Below, piece after piece: positions 37,135-47,751 of a stretch of 47,751 nt of DNA. This DNA is from Craspedostauros australis (taxonomy: Eukaryota). The notes under the pieces are model-generated. The model saw nothing but the letters and a program-made list of their open reading frames with translations. It was not told the DNA's origin and searched no databases. The stretch covers positions 1 through 47,751 of the forward strand of contig JALAGF010004490.1 in NCBI GenBank assembly GCA_030167865.1. Reading direction: 5' to 3'. The translations under genes were made by a program, and so were the position numbers. Position 1 is the first letter of the stretch, and each line of letters starts with the position of its first letter.

Positions 37135-40100
37135 ATGACAGAAGCAGCAGAAGCAACAGCACCCGCCAAAGCCGGCAAGACCGACGGCCGCGTCCTCTTG
37201 CCCGACCATGTCGTTCCCTTGCGCTACGATCTCAACCTCGTCCCCGATCTCATCAACTTCACCTTCACGGGGACGGTGGTCATCACCATGAAGACCGCGG
37301 ACGCCATCCCAGCGGAGCATGCCAAGTCCATCATGCTGCATTCCAAGGAGATCAACATCCACAGCGCCAGCTTTCAGGAGACCGGATCCACCAAGTCTGT
37401 TGAAGCCGAGGAGGTGAGTGTTGTCGTTGTTGTTGTCTTCATTGTCGTCAATTGAGTGCCTATTGTTGCTGCATTGTGCCGAATGTCGTTGCTGTATTCT
37501 GTTGTATTCTGCTGTATTCTGCTCCTACCCACACTCATCCACACATTCACATGCACCCACTCATTCACACATCCATACCAACACCAACACAAATACGCAC
37601 ACATATTACAACAGGTGGTCAACTACTTGAAGAAGACCGAAGTCAAGCTCTCGTTTGTCGATGACATCCCCAAGTCTTCCCAAATCAAGCTGACCATCGC
37701 CTTCAGCGGCTTCATCAACAACCAGATGGCCGGGTTCTACCGTTCCAACTACGTCGATGCCATCACGGGAAAGCCAAACATCATCGCCTCCACTCAATTC
37801 GAAGCCCTGGATGCCCGCCGCGCCTTCCCATGCGTCGATGAACCAGCGGCCAAGGCGGTCTTCGGCCTCACCATGACGGTCCCATCCGACCTCACCTGCT
37901 TCTCCAACATGCCCGAAGCATCGCGCCACACCAACAAGCCCAACAACCCCACCGACGTGCCCACCGTCACCATACAATTCCTCGACTCGCCCAAGATGAG
38001 CACCTACCTGCTGGCCTACTGCGTGGGAGATCTAGACTTTGTTCAGGCCAAGTCCAACAACGGCATCCTCGTCAAGGTCTACGCGCCGCGTGGCAATTCC
38101 GCCAACGGCCATTTCGCTTTGGAGTGCGCCACCAAGGCCTTGGATGCGTACGACGAATTCTTCGGCACGCCGTATCCTCTGCCGAAATTGGATATGGTGG
38201 CCATTCCCGAATTTGTGAGTTGATTGGAATGGAGTGTTGTGGTGTGTCAGGCAATGGTAGTTGCGTCGTTTGCGTGTTGTGGCATCGCGTTGCTGGTCGT
38301 TCGTCTGTATCCAGCATGCCGTGCCAGCTTGTTGTCATTGCGATCGTATCGCCACCAACCCATCAACGCAATTGCTTACACACCTGCTCACACATGTCAC
38401 CGCCCATTCATTACGTTATCCATTCCTTCTCGACGACTGCTGGACGTGCCACGGAATGAACACGACACAACTTCATTATATTCTACTCAATGCGCATCAC
38501 ACCACTCGCGCAGGCGGCCGGTGCAATGGAGAATTGGGGTTTGGTGACCTACCGTGAAGCCGATGTACTCATCGACCCCCTCACAGCCTCCAACACGCAG
38601 AAGCAACGCGTGTGCAGCGTCGTGTGTCACGAACTGGCGCATCAGTGGTTCGGAAACCTCGTCACGATGGAGTGGTGGGACGACCTCTGGCTCAACGAGG
38701 GCTTCGCCTCCTGGGCAGAGAACTGGTCGTCGGATCTCATCTACCCGGACTACAAGATGTGGGACCAATTCGTGACGGGACACTTCTCCCGCGCCCTCCA
38801 GCTCGATGGTTTGCAATCGTCGCATCCAATCCAAGTGCCAATCCACCACGCCGAGGAGGTGGAGCAGGTCTTCGATGCCATCTCCTACTGCAAGGGTGGA
38901 TCCGTCGTGCGCATGATCCGCGCAGTGCTGGGCATGAGGAACTTCCAAACCGGCCTCGCCAACTACATGAAGAAGCACGCCTTCGGCAACACGGAGACCA
39001 GCGATCTGTGGCAGGCATGGGAGGCCGTGGCGAACATGCCAGTCCAAGAGCTCATGTCGAGCTGGACGGAGAAGATGGGATTCCCGCTGCTCAAGGTCGT
39101 GTCGGAGGACTGGCAGGACAATCAGGTGGTCCTCAAGGTGGAGCAATCGTGGTTCCTTGCGGACGGATCGGACCCGCCGTCCGGTGAAGATGACAAGATC
39201 TGGACAATCCCGATCATCACCTGCACGGCCAAAGGCACGCAGGAGGACATGGTGATCATGAGGGAGAAGACGGGCACGATCACCGTCCCGCTCTCTTCCA
39301 AGGATGCCTGGGTCAAACTCAATGCGGGACAGGAAGTCCCAATGCGCGTTCAGTGCACATCCGAAATGTACAACCGTCTGCGCAAGGCGATCGAGACCAA
39401 GGAACTCCAACCTGCCGACCGCGTGGGATTGGTGATGGATTCGTACGCCTTGGTGAAGGCGGGCAAGATGAAACCCGAGGATATGATGAAGCTTCTCGCG
39501 TCCTACTCGAAGGAGGATGATACGATCGTGTGGCAGGGTCTCACCGATGCCCTGGGCGGCCTGGAGGTTATCCTGTCCGACGATGACGTCATGTACCCAA
39601 GCTTCCTGGCCTTCGCGCAGAAGCTGGTGCTTCCGCTGGTGGACCTTGTGGGATGGACTCCTTCTGCCGATGACAAGCATCTGACCGGATTGTTGCGCGG
39701 CAACATGGTCGCCTTGCTGAAGACGTTCTGCTACAAGGACGAAGCGGTCGCTAGCGAAGCCGACAAGCGATGCAAGGCGTTCCTCGCCGATCCCAGCGAC
39801 GTCCAGTCGGTGCCAACTGACATCAAAACACCCGTGTTCAAGATCTACCTGAAGAATGGAGGTGAGAAAGAGTACAACGAAATTAAAGCCTACTACGCAA
39901 CAGCGAAGGACAACGCAGAGCGCAAGCACGTGCTCAACAGCCTGGGTGCCACCCCGGATGACAAGCTCAAGCTGGCCACGATGGAATGGACCACCTCCGG
40001 TGCCATCAAGCTCCAGGACTTTTTCTACGCCATGGGATCCGTCGGCCGGTCCTCCAAGAGAGGCCGCGAGATCTCGTGGCAGTTCTTCCAGGACAACTTC

Positions 40101-40352
40101 GACCGTCTGAAGACCATGCTGGGAGCCTCAAGTCCATCGTTGATGAACGCGGTGGTCGTCATGTGCGCGGGAGGCTTCTGCTCCATCGAGAAGGCCGATG
40201 AGATCGATGCCTTCTTCAAGGCCAACCCGTTGCCCAACAACTCCCGACGCATCGCCCAGATGACCGAGAACATGCGCGCCAACGGCAAGTTCCTCGCAAT
40301 GCTGCAGGCAAGCGACCTCGCCAAGGCCGAATTCTGGACCACCCTGCTTTGA
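37135..40352 (+). CDS. M1 family zinc aminopeptidase (puromycin-sensitive aminopeptidase-like), about 905 aa, 3 exons
   Basis: Exons 37135-37413, 37615-38214, 38514-40352; phase-0 introns GTGAGT..ACAACAG (201 nt) and GTGAGT..GCGCAG (299 nt). Motifs TQFEALDARRAFPCVDEP, MSTYLLA, IPEF|AAGAMENWGL, HELAHQWFGNLVTMEWWDDLWLNEG (HEXXH-18-E), FDAISYCKG; ERAP1-like C-terminal domain. Confidence 0.96.
37491..37523 (+). repeat. 10-bp tandem repeat (GYTGTATTCT)x3 in aminopeptidase intron 1
   Basis: gctgtattct gttgtattct gctgtattct gct. Confidence 0.85.
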
Positions 40353-43233
40353 GCTGACTGTGACAGCGATAGCGACAGCGGGGATACTTGAGGGTTAGAA
40401 CGAAGGAGCGAATGCCCATTGCACAGATATTTGAAGGCGGGAGAATGAATATTTTGCAACACAAGTATTATTATGCATACAAGTGAGGTGAAACTCATTA
40501 TGCTGTCTCGATGTTTCGTTACTCCTTGCCACTGTTGCCGATGCTCCTGCTGCTGCTTTGGCATTGTCTCTCCCTGTTTCAGCCATCGTAACGCGACGTT
40601 GTTGCAGAGAGCCGTTCAACGCCGTTTGTTTTTCGCCTCAGCAGTTCTCCATTTTGTGATGAGAACGCCGCGCCGAACTGTGCCGAAGGTTTTTCTCATG
40701 TGTTCGAGTTTTTGTTGTAATCAGCTTGTCTGTGTCTGCGTGTTTGGGTGTGTCGGTGTCAAAGCGCCAAAGGGAGCTCATTGAAGTTCGCCAATCCGTG
40801 ATTGATTCCGTTGAATGTCCGTTTCGTGTTCGCTCATAGTGGTACCATCCATGATTTGCCAATCGATGCGAGCGAAATGTGCACGGGGCTTATGACGACC
40901 TTGGCGAGATGCCGACGGAAGGCAACATGCGGATTCTCTCACGTACAAAGAAACAACATGAATGTCATTGGAAGGGTGCGTTCGAACACATCAAGAGAAT
41001 GCGGTTTACCGCACTCTGCCAGCGCGAAGATGGAGAAAGTCGAGAATGTAGATAGCACGCGAATTACTTACTGCACACAGGAACAAGTAGGCTGCGTGAA
41101 AGTTATGTTTGCGTGTGTGAGTCACGACGAAACTGTGACATCCACGCTGAGCGTTCGCTTTGTTTCGCTTGTGGTTTCACCACTCCTTGGCTGCAGAGAA
41201 AGGTGATGGCGCGAACTTTTCTGATGCATTCGTTCGGTTCCAATTTCCCTCGCATGTTTCATGAGAATACTTGGTGCATCATCACCATGGGAAGCGCGGT
41301 AAAGGCTCTTTTTGCGTCGGTTTTTGATTTGTTCACGCTTGGGGCATGTTCTGCGTTTTTGGGTCTGTCGAGTCATGCGCTCATGGGACTACTAGAGCAC
41401 GCCTTTCCCGTGTCCACATGACATCGCGCTGATTTGCGTTCGTGGTTGCGATGTCGCGCACTGTTCGCACATGCCAATGATGTCCCCTTTTCTCGTTCCA
41501 CCCTGTTGTGTCTGTCCCAACACATCCCTGCCCCAGACCCACAACACAACGCGGCATCGACGCAGTCACACATTTGCTTTCCCTCTTTGGAAAGAAGTGG
41601 GTGATTTGCAATCATCATTCGTGTTCTCCCCTCCCCTTGCTCAGGTAACTTTCGTACTTGTCCGAGCGGTTCCTTTTCGCACCGTCGTTGATTGCCATAG
41701 AGCTCTCCTCCCACTACAAGCTGTCCGTTATTCTGCTAGCCTACTGAACTTCGTGTCATCAACCGTCGCGCTCTGCACCGGGAGCAGCGCCATTCCTCCA
41801 CGTTCCTGTATTAATGCGCACTACGTTATTGGGTGATCACTATCGTGCTCGTGTCCGTTGTCGAAGGTGGTGAGCCTGCCCCGTGCAACGTTTGTTTGGC
41901 TGTGCGGCTCAGGTGCTCGTTGGTGATTCTCTGGGTTTTTCGCATGACAAAGTGGGACTCTCTTCAGCAATCGTTGGTGTCTGGCGGTCTTCCTTCTTGG
42001 GGGTGTTGCCACAAGGGCACGAAATTCGCGTTGCATTCCTCACGATGCTTGTCCAGTGCGTCCGACATGCAAACTCAGAAAATAGTATTTGCAACGTCCA
42101 ACAACGGAACATGGCGCTTTCCCGAATACCCCATCAGTGCAATTGTTTGCTTGCTCTTTTCAAACCGGGACACCAACCACGCGCAAACTCAACAGACACA
42201 GGAAGCTATCGACGACCATCATGTTTCGTGGTTTTGACAGTTGAGCTATTTGTTCCTAGTACAAGGGATGGGCTAGTTATCGTGTGTTCTGTGCATCTGT
42301 TTGGGCAGCCGACCTGTCGCATGCCTCTTGCATCACAGGAACAACATCAAACGAGGGCAAGCCATCACCGAGTTCAATTCGAGTCAGTGTTGCCACTGTG
42401 TTGAATGCGCTTCGAGTGCGTGCGTTAACAGTGCTTGATTCGCCTGTTGTCAGTTGGAGGCAGCGGCGGAGGATTCCATCTGCACAGCAAGTTGGCGCAA
42501 AGACACAAGGCGTCCCACAGTGCCCAGCATCAGCGCATCCAAATTCGTGACGCGCTCACTTCGGTTTGAGTCACTGGCGAAAGACAGAGAAATCGCCCCA
42601 AACGCCACACAGCAACGAGCTGGCTGTCGCCATCATCCCCCGCAGTTGGAACTGCAACATGAACATCGCAACGCACACGAGATGAGCAGAATCTGTCCTG
42701 GTTCAGCGATGGGCATGCCCGCTGTGTTCACCGTGACAGAAGCGGTCATGTTGATTGCGCGGCGTAGTGCGAGAGAACAGATGAGACTGTGTGTGTTGCA
42801 ATTGGGTGTCGGACAGCGCATGCGACACGACCTTCACTCTCCGCTGTTCATGTGATTCACCGTGATGTTTATTACTGATGTCATCACGCGCGTCCGTCTG
42901 TGAGGAGTCGCGGTGGAGCACATCGAGATGATAACGGTAACAGTTTGCTCCATGCGACAGTGTAGTACCGCGCGTGGCGAGAACACGTTTCCCTGGATGC
43001 GCACCTCCGCGAAGCAAGCACGCGAATGGCGGTTACACAACAAGTGAACGATGTTCGCATGAGTCTCATACACAACACGATGGAAGCGAAGCACGATCAA
43101 CATGTATGCCCCTGCAGCTCTTTGTGTCACGATGTGAATTGCTCGGGGTATTTCCTGCGGATAGCACAGGCGCCTATTTATGGGGTCGAAACAGACCGAC
43201 CAACGGAACGGACACTAGTTTCTCCGCACGCAT

Positions 43234-44051
43234 GCGTTGAGCGTCACTGTCATTCGCAACGCCCCTCGTGCAGCCATGTGTGCGAAGTCGTACCTATGTC
43301 GTGTCCAAGTCGTGACAGGGTCGCGTCCAAGTCGTGCATCCATTGCACCCTTGTCACATCCAAGGCACGTCTACGTCGTGTTTACGTCGTGCTCACGTCG
43401 TGCTCATGGTCGTGTCGATTGCTTGTCAGTCGTCCTGAGTTGGCTCGTCGGACGTGCCTCGTGTGCTTGTCGATCGCGCGTCGTTTGCTCGTCGATTGTA
43501 CATTGATTGTGGTCTACTTCTGTACTTTCGACACGTCCCATACGACATTGTTGCTTATTGATAGATGTCACGGTTTCGTACATGACAAGGTTGAGAACAC
43601 CGCGATGCAAAACTCTCATGTCAATTGTGCTTCGGAATGCTGTCTTCAATCAACGTCAACCACTTATGCTGAGCACTGCAGACAATATGTTCCATTCATC
43701 TTATCTAATTGTTCATAATGCACCATACCGCTGATAAAACGACAACTAGGCTAGATGTCGTAGCATGGCCGACTATCACGACATGTCACAGTGACAAATG
43801 TGCGGGAATTTGAGCAAATTAGTACTGATTTAGTGTTGCTTGCTCGTCGATCTCGCGTCGTTTGCTCGTCCGACGCGTCTCGTTTGCTCGTCGGACGCGT
43901 CTCCTCTGTTCGTCGATGCCTGTCCTGTCTCGTGCGTGTCGCACGTCCATGTCGTGTCCATGGTGTGTTCATAGGGATCCCATGTCGATCCTGTGTCGTG
44001 ACCATGTCGCTACCAACGCATTCCACTTAACATACCCAGTGACGGTTACGC
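43234..44051. repeat. Composite non-coding element: 11-bp array, 22-bp array, 340-bp spacer, 22-bp array, 11-bp array, with weak terminal inverted repeats; possibly a non-autonomous transposon
   Basis: 11-mer units (consensus GTCGTGTCCAT) at 43287-43407 and 43929-44016; 22-mer units (consensus TTGCTCGTCGRWCGCGYSTCGT) at 43419/43441/43463/43485 and 43840/43862/43884/43906; CGTCACTG (43242-43249) and CAGTGACG (44037-44044) are inverted. Confidence 0.8.
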
Positions 44052-46542
44052 GAGTGCCAATGCGCGTTCGCGAGTGCGAAACTTCGGAAGAACACCGATC
44101 CGACGGGGCTTGGACATTGGAGCGTGTTCTCCCCCATGTATTGCCCCTCCCTCTTCGACGTGCGGGTGTGTTCGACACGTCGGTTACTTTTGTTTCACCG
44201 CTCCCCATGTGTGTTGGGGCATAGTATCATGATACTCACATGTGCCGAAAGCGCTCGTGTTCGCTGGACATCCGAGACGAACAACGCGCTATCATTCCCA
44301 GGTACTGAGCATGGCTCTCAACGACTCAACGGACAAACACAGCCTGGGGGATTCGGATAACCTAGAATAGATTGTCGTATCAGTCCACACCGCGGTCGAT
44401 CGTCACGATCATGCAGTGGTCAACCTCGCCAGCGGAAGAACAACCAAGAAGATGTCTGCTACCGGGTCCTCCTCAACTCATGCACCATCAAACGTGCATC
44501 ATCAGCCAGGCCAATCCACGTTCGGGATAGGCTACCGTGTTTGAATAGTCAGACATGAACATGCATGTACAGATATCAGAAGTGTAAGCTCAACGCTTCC
44601 CGTCTTGCAACGATTTCAATGAGCGCAAATGAACATGTTCCCAATCTATCTCGCAATCTGTGTGGTTGCATACACGTGCTATCGCATGTCTAGCTTGGTG
44701 TCTCAACACCATGTGTCTCGAAGATGGGAGAATCGCCAAGAGCGAAAGCAGCGACTTGGTGTCCCTTGCGAAGCGGTACTTCGAACACAACCATTGCATT
44801 CAGCGCACCTCTTTGGACACCCAACACAAAGAAAGTGATCCTGGGAAAGGGGCTATGTTGAGGTGAACTGTTCTGCGTGAGGGAAGAGAGCCCCTCGTTT
44901 CCGACATGTCGCTCACATTGCGCACCACAAACAAGAAGTTGGCGCAATCATGCCTGATAATTAATGATCACGAGTTCAACTTGTCTCGCATGGCGCATAG
45001 CCGCGGCCCAATGCTTCTGTGGACAACGAATGCTGGCAGCCTCCTGTGCTCGTTCGGTCCAGATGATGTGCCGACGTTTCCCCAACCAGGCTGAGCGAAA
45101 AGAGAACTTCTCCCCATTCGTGTGAGTCAGACTTGAGATGACAAGTGATCGTGCGACGTGCGGGAATGACCTGCTCCCACATCAGTGACTGCGAAAGCGA
45201 CGTGAAGGCTGATGCATCTGCATCATCGTTCGCCCAGGTGGACACTCACTGCGTCATTTCGAGTCATGTTACGGCATTAACCTTGCGTGTTATCTGCGCA
45301 ATCAAACAATTAATCGTATGGATCGTGGTGCAGTCTCCCATGACCACTCCTCATGCTTTGTGATGTCACAGAAGGCATAGTTTGTTCCGCCATCTCCTGT
45401 TGCTGTGGGACAAAACACTCGTTCTCATCAAGATGAAGAAATCGCTTTCGGACATTTGGACAGCCAAGCCGCCCCGTGCATCAATCATCGTACTGGCGAA
45501 TACCGCTTCGAAGTTCACACAACTCCATCCACCTTCTCTTCCTATCGCCCTTGCCTCAGTTTGCAAACGGAACATGTCATGTAACATTCGGCAAGCGGGA
45601 TGTGTCTGCTCGCACTCGGAGGCTACTCTGGGAGGCGCGGTAATCCCTATGATCGGTGCATTACAAAGGGGCTTTTTCGTCGCAAAACGGTGTTCTTCAC
45701 CTCTTTTCTATTTTTTTCTGGCAATTCCCAATGCTTTCGGACACGCCAAGTTGTCCAATGCGATCGTCGCTGATGTGCGGACGTGATGGTTCGGTGATTG
45801 TCTCGGTCACAATTTTTGGTGTTTTGCCAAACACATCACAGGGTGCGCTTCGTCCTGCGTCGTTACTTGTCTCTCCGCCATTGGCAGTTGAATGGTCGTC
45901 TGCGGCATCTGCTGCATTCTGCCTCTCCGCTCTGTAATAAGACTAACACATCACCATTGTCGGTTGACTTACAACAATACACAACCACTCCTCCATTGTA
46001 TGGTTGGTGTCGCTGTTCGACTTGGCCGCGTTGTCGACTGGGCAGAATCAGGAGGCGTGCGCTGGTGTGCTGCGGTTTTTCGCCATGATTGCTGGAGCTC
46101 TTTCGTCTGTGCTCCCGTTCATCAACCTTCGTCTTTTGATTCGTCCGTGTTTCTGTCGTTGGCGTGCTTCCATTGACGGAGCCTGCGTGGCCGATCTTCG
46201 TTGGCGCTACATCACATCCATTGCACGAAAGCACAAGACAGACACAGCCGACGCAAGAGTCCAACGATGTTCGTGCCTTCTCGGCACCTGTTGTTTCCTC
46301 CGTTGATCGCGCCTCCAGGAAATTGTTGTTACGCCCCACATTTGATGCCTACACGCGCAAACAACCCACTTCCGTGTACTGGTTGTGTGTTCCTTGCAGT
46401 TTTGCATGTTGCCATCACACAACACCGGTTGCAGAGATGCAACTTCATCCATCAGGCTAATAGTAGCACACTCCTTGGTCACATTCGTTTGGCCTTGCGG
46501 CGTATCAATCATGAATACAGTGGCAGAAACGTTTAATTGTTA

Positions 46543-47751
46543 GAGCAACCTCTTCGATACAAAACGTGTGTCTACTTTAAATGAAACATGCAGTCTAGTC
46601 GTGACCCATTCGCTGCCGAGCTGTGACCAGCGCCTTGTCGGCGTCGAACGCTGGGTAGCCATTAGAGAGCTCGATTTGGGTGATGACCACCACTGCATGA
46701 AAGGCTGTGTGATGCTTGTCCACATGGTGACGCCACTTTTGCCCCAAACAGCCCCACTGCTTCAATCTGCCGTTAATCGTTTCGTGGCGAGCACGAAGAA
46801 TGCCATCCGCTTTGTATGTCGGTGGAAACACTTTGTCATCTCCTCTGTAGCCGTTATCAGCAATCACGACCTCGTCTGCCCGAATTGCTTGCTTGAGGCC
46901 AGAGCGGAAGATGCACAGGTCATTCATGTATCCACACGGAAAGGGGCCATTCACCCAAACAATGTCTCCTCTACTGATGGAAACAGCCACTTCATACCTC
47001 ACACCAGCAGCTTTGAACTTGTGCGAGTACCACACTCTGTTGAAAGGTTTGGGGTCGTTAGTGCGAAAGTCAGTGCCATCTACAGTTAAGAAAGCACTTC
47101 CATCTCTGTCTGTATCAATAAAGCGATTGTCTAGGTCGATCTGTAGGCAAGCAAGATGGATACANTCAGTCACGAATGGAAATTGTGAGTGAGTCGTGGT
47201 AGGCGAAAAAAGAGAGTTCGCAATTTTTGGGGGGGTTCTCATGTGCTGTACTTACAATGTCATGGCGCAACTCTGCCACGGCTCGGGCCATGACCCACGC
47301 CCACTTGCGGAAAGTTTTCGCGGTGACGTCCATCATCCGTGCCACCACTGTCTCCGCCAAATACATTCGAAGGAACGCGCACATCCAAAGGAGGTGCTTC
47401 GGCTTCGCGTCGAAGGGGAGAAGACCTGTGCCAATCAGGTCTTCCCAGAGGAGGTGAGTAATGTGTGGATCAGTCCCGAACATTCCGCGAAACTCTCGCA
47501 ACTGTGTATCATTGAGCGTGTTCGCATCATGACGGTCCAAGTCGCGTCCCATCAGCGCAAAGCCTTCCACCGCAAATTCACCTGCGTAGCTGGCCTGCGA
47601 CACAACATCCATGTCTGCAAGTCTTGTGTTGGCGCTGCTTCGACTACGTGGAGTACAATTTGGCACGGAGTTGTTCGAAGACAGCGTTTTGTGTGATGAC
47701 AGCGACAACAGCGAGTCCACTGGTCGTGGAGGAAGTGCCTGGGCTCCATCT
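46543..47751 (-). mobile_element. PIF/Harbinger-like DNA transposon, one end outside the window
   Basis: Contains the transposase. The candidate terminus TTA|GAGCAACCTC at 46540-46552 resembles PIF/Tourist ends with a TTA/TAA target site, but the boundary is unverified because the partner end is not in the window. Confidence 0.5.
46595..47612 (-). CDS. Intact DDE_Tnp_4-type (PIF/Harbinger/ISL2EU, IS5-related) transposase, about 300 aa, 2 exons
   Basis: Exons 47612-47256 and 47140-46595; phase-0 intron GTAAGT...CTGAN...CCTACAG (47255-47141, 115 nt) joins LRHDI|IDLDNRF. Catalytic motifs TVDGTD, WYSHKF, WVNGPFPCG..NDLCIF, IADNGY and RARHETINGRLKQWGCL give the D-D-E triad; N-terminal HTH-like KPKHLLW...FLRMY...KTFRKW. 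Confidence 0.9.

Noticed and set aside
38487-39929. 480-aa antisense ORF (likewise 7192..8502, 22133..23239, 26857..28167, 33412..34509)
   Set aside because: Shadow ORFs lying on or opposite well-supported genes with biased codon usage; no recognisable motifs.
43500-43840. Diatom centromere-like AT-rich core
   Set aside because: Only about 340 nt and about 42% GC by hand count, too short and too GC-rich compared with described low-GC diatom centromeric sequences.
43265-44016. CRISPR-like array interpretation of the 11/22-bp repeats
   Set aside because: Units are contiguous and degenerate with no unique spacers of constant length, no cas genes are present and the context is eukaryotic.
1899-47255. 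General excess of 3n-length introns (7 of 12)
   Set aside because: The sample is small, the excess over the expected 4 is not convincing, and most of them contain in-frame stops.

Overview
Eukaryotic nuclear DNA with diatom hallmarks: GT-AG introns of mostly 200-300 nt, bipartite signal-peptide/ASAFAP-like plastid presequences, and diatom-type LRR membrane proteins. Splicing the ORF track by hand gives 12 apparently intact genes: a coiled-coil protein, a claudin-like 4-TM protein with a very long acidic N-terminus, two type-II membrane LRR proteins, a PAS-like protein, an 'LGDNP'-motif protein, a Dsc3-like protein, a plastid OPR/RAP RNA-binding protein, a small plastid membrane protein, a 93-aa ELM2-motif protein, an M1 aminopeptidase and an intron-containing PIF/Harbinger/ISL2EU-type DDE transposase. 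There is also a 5'-truncated gene end (3-179), a probable decayed pseudogene (about 19.1-20.1 kb) and many short tandem repeats. The most unusual unexplained structure lies at about 43.23-44.05 kb: an 0.8-kb non-coding element in which same-strand 11-bp and 22-bp phased GTCG arrays are arranged in mirror order (11-22-spacer-22-11) around a palindrome-bearing spacer, inside a 6-kb gene-free island next to the transposase. A second oddity is that both LRR genes carry a stop-free, frame-preserving intron at the same position. No tRNA, rRNA or CRISPR array was found. Family assignments come from motif recognition only; no database searches were run.
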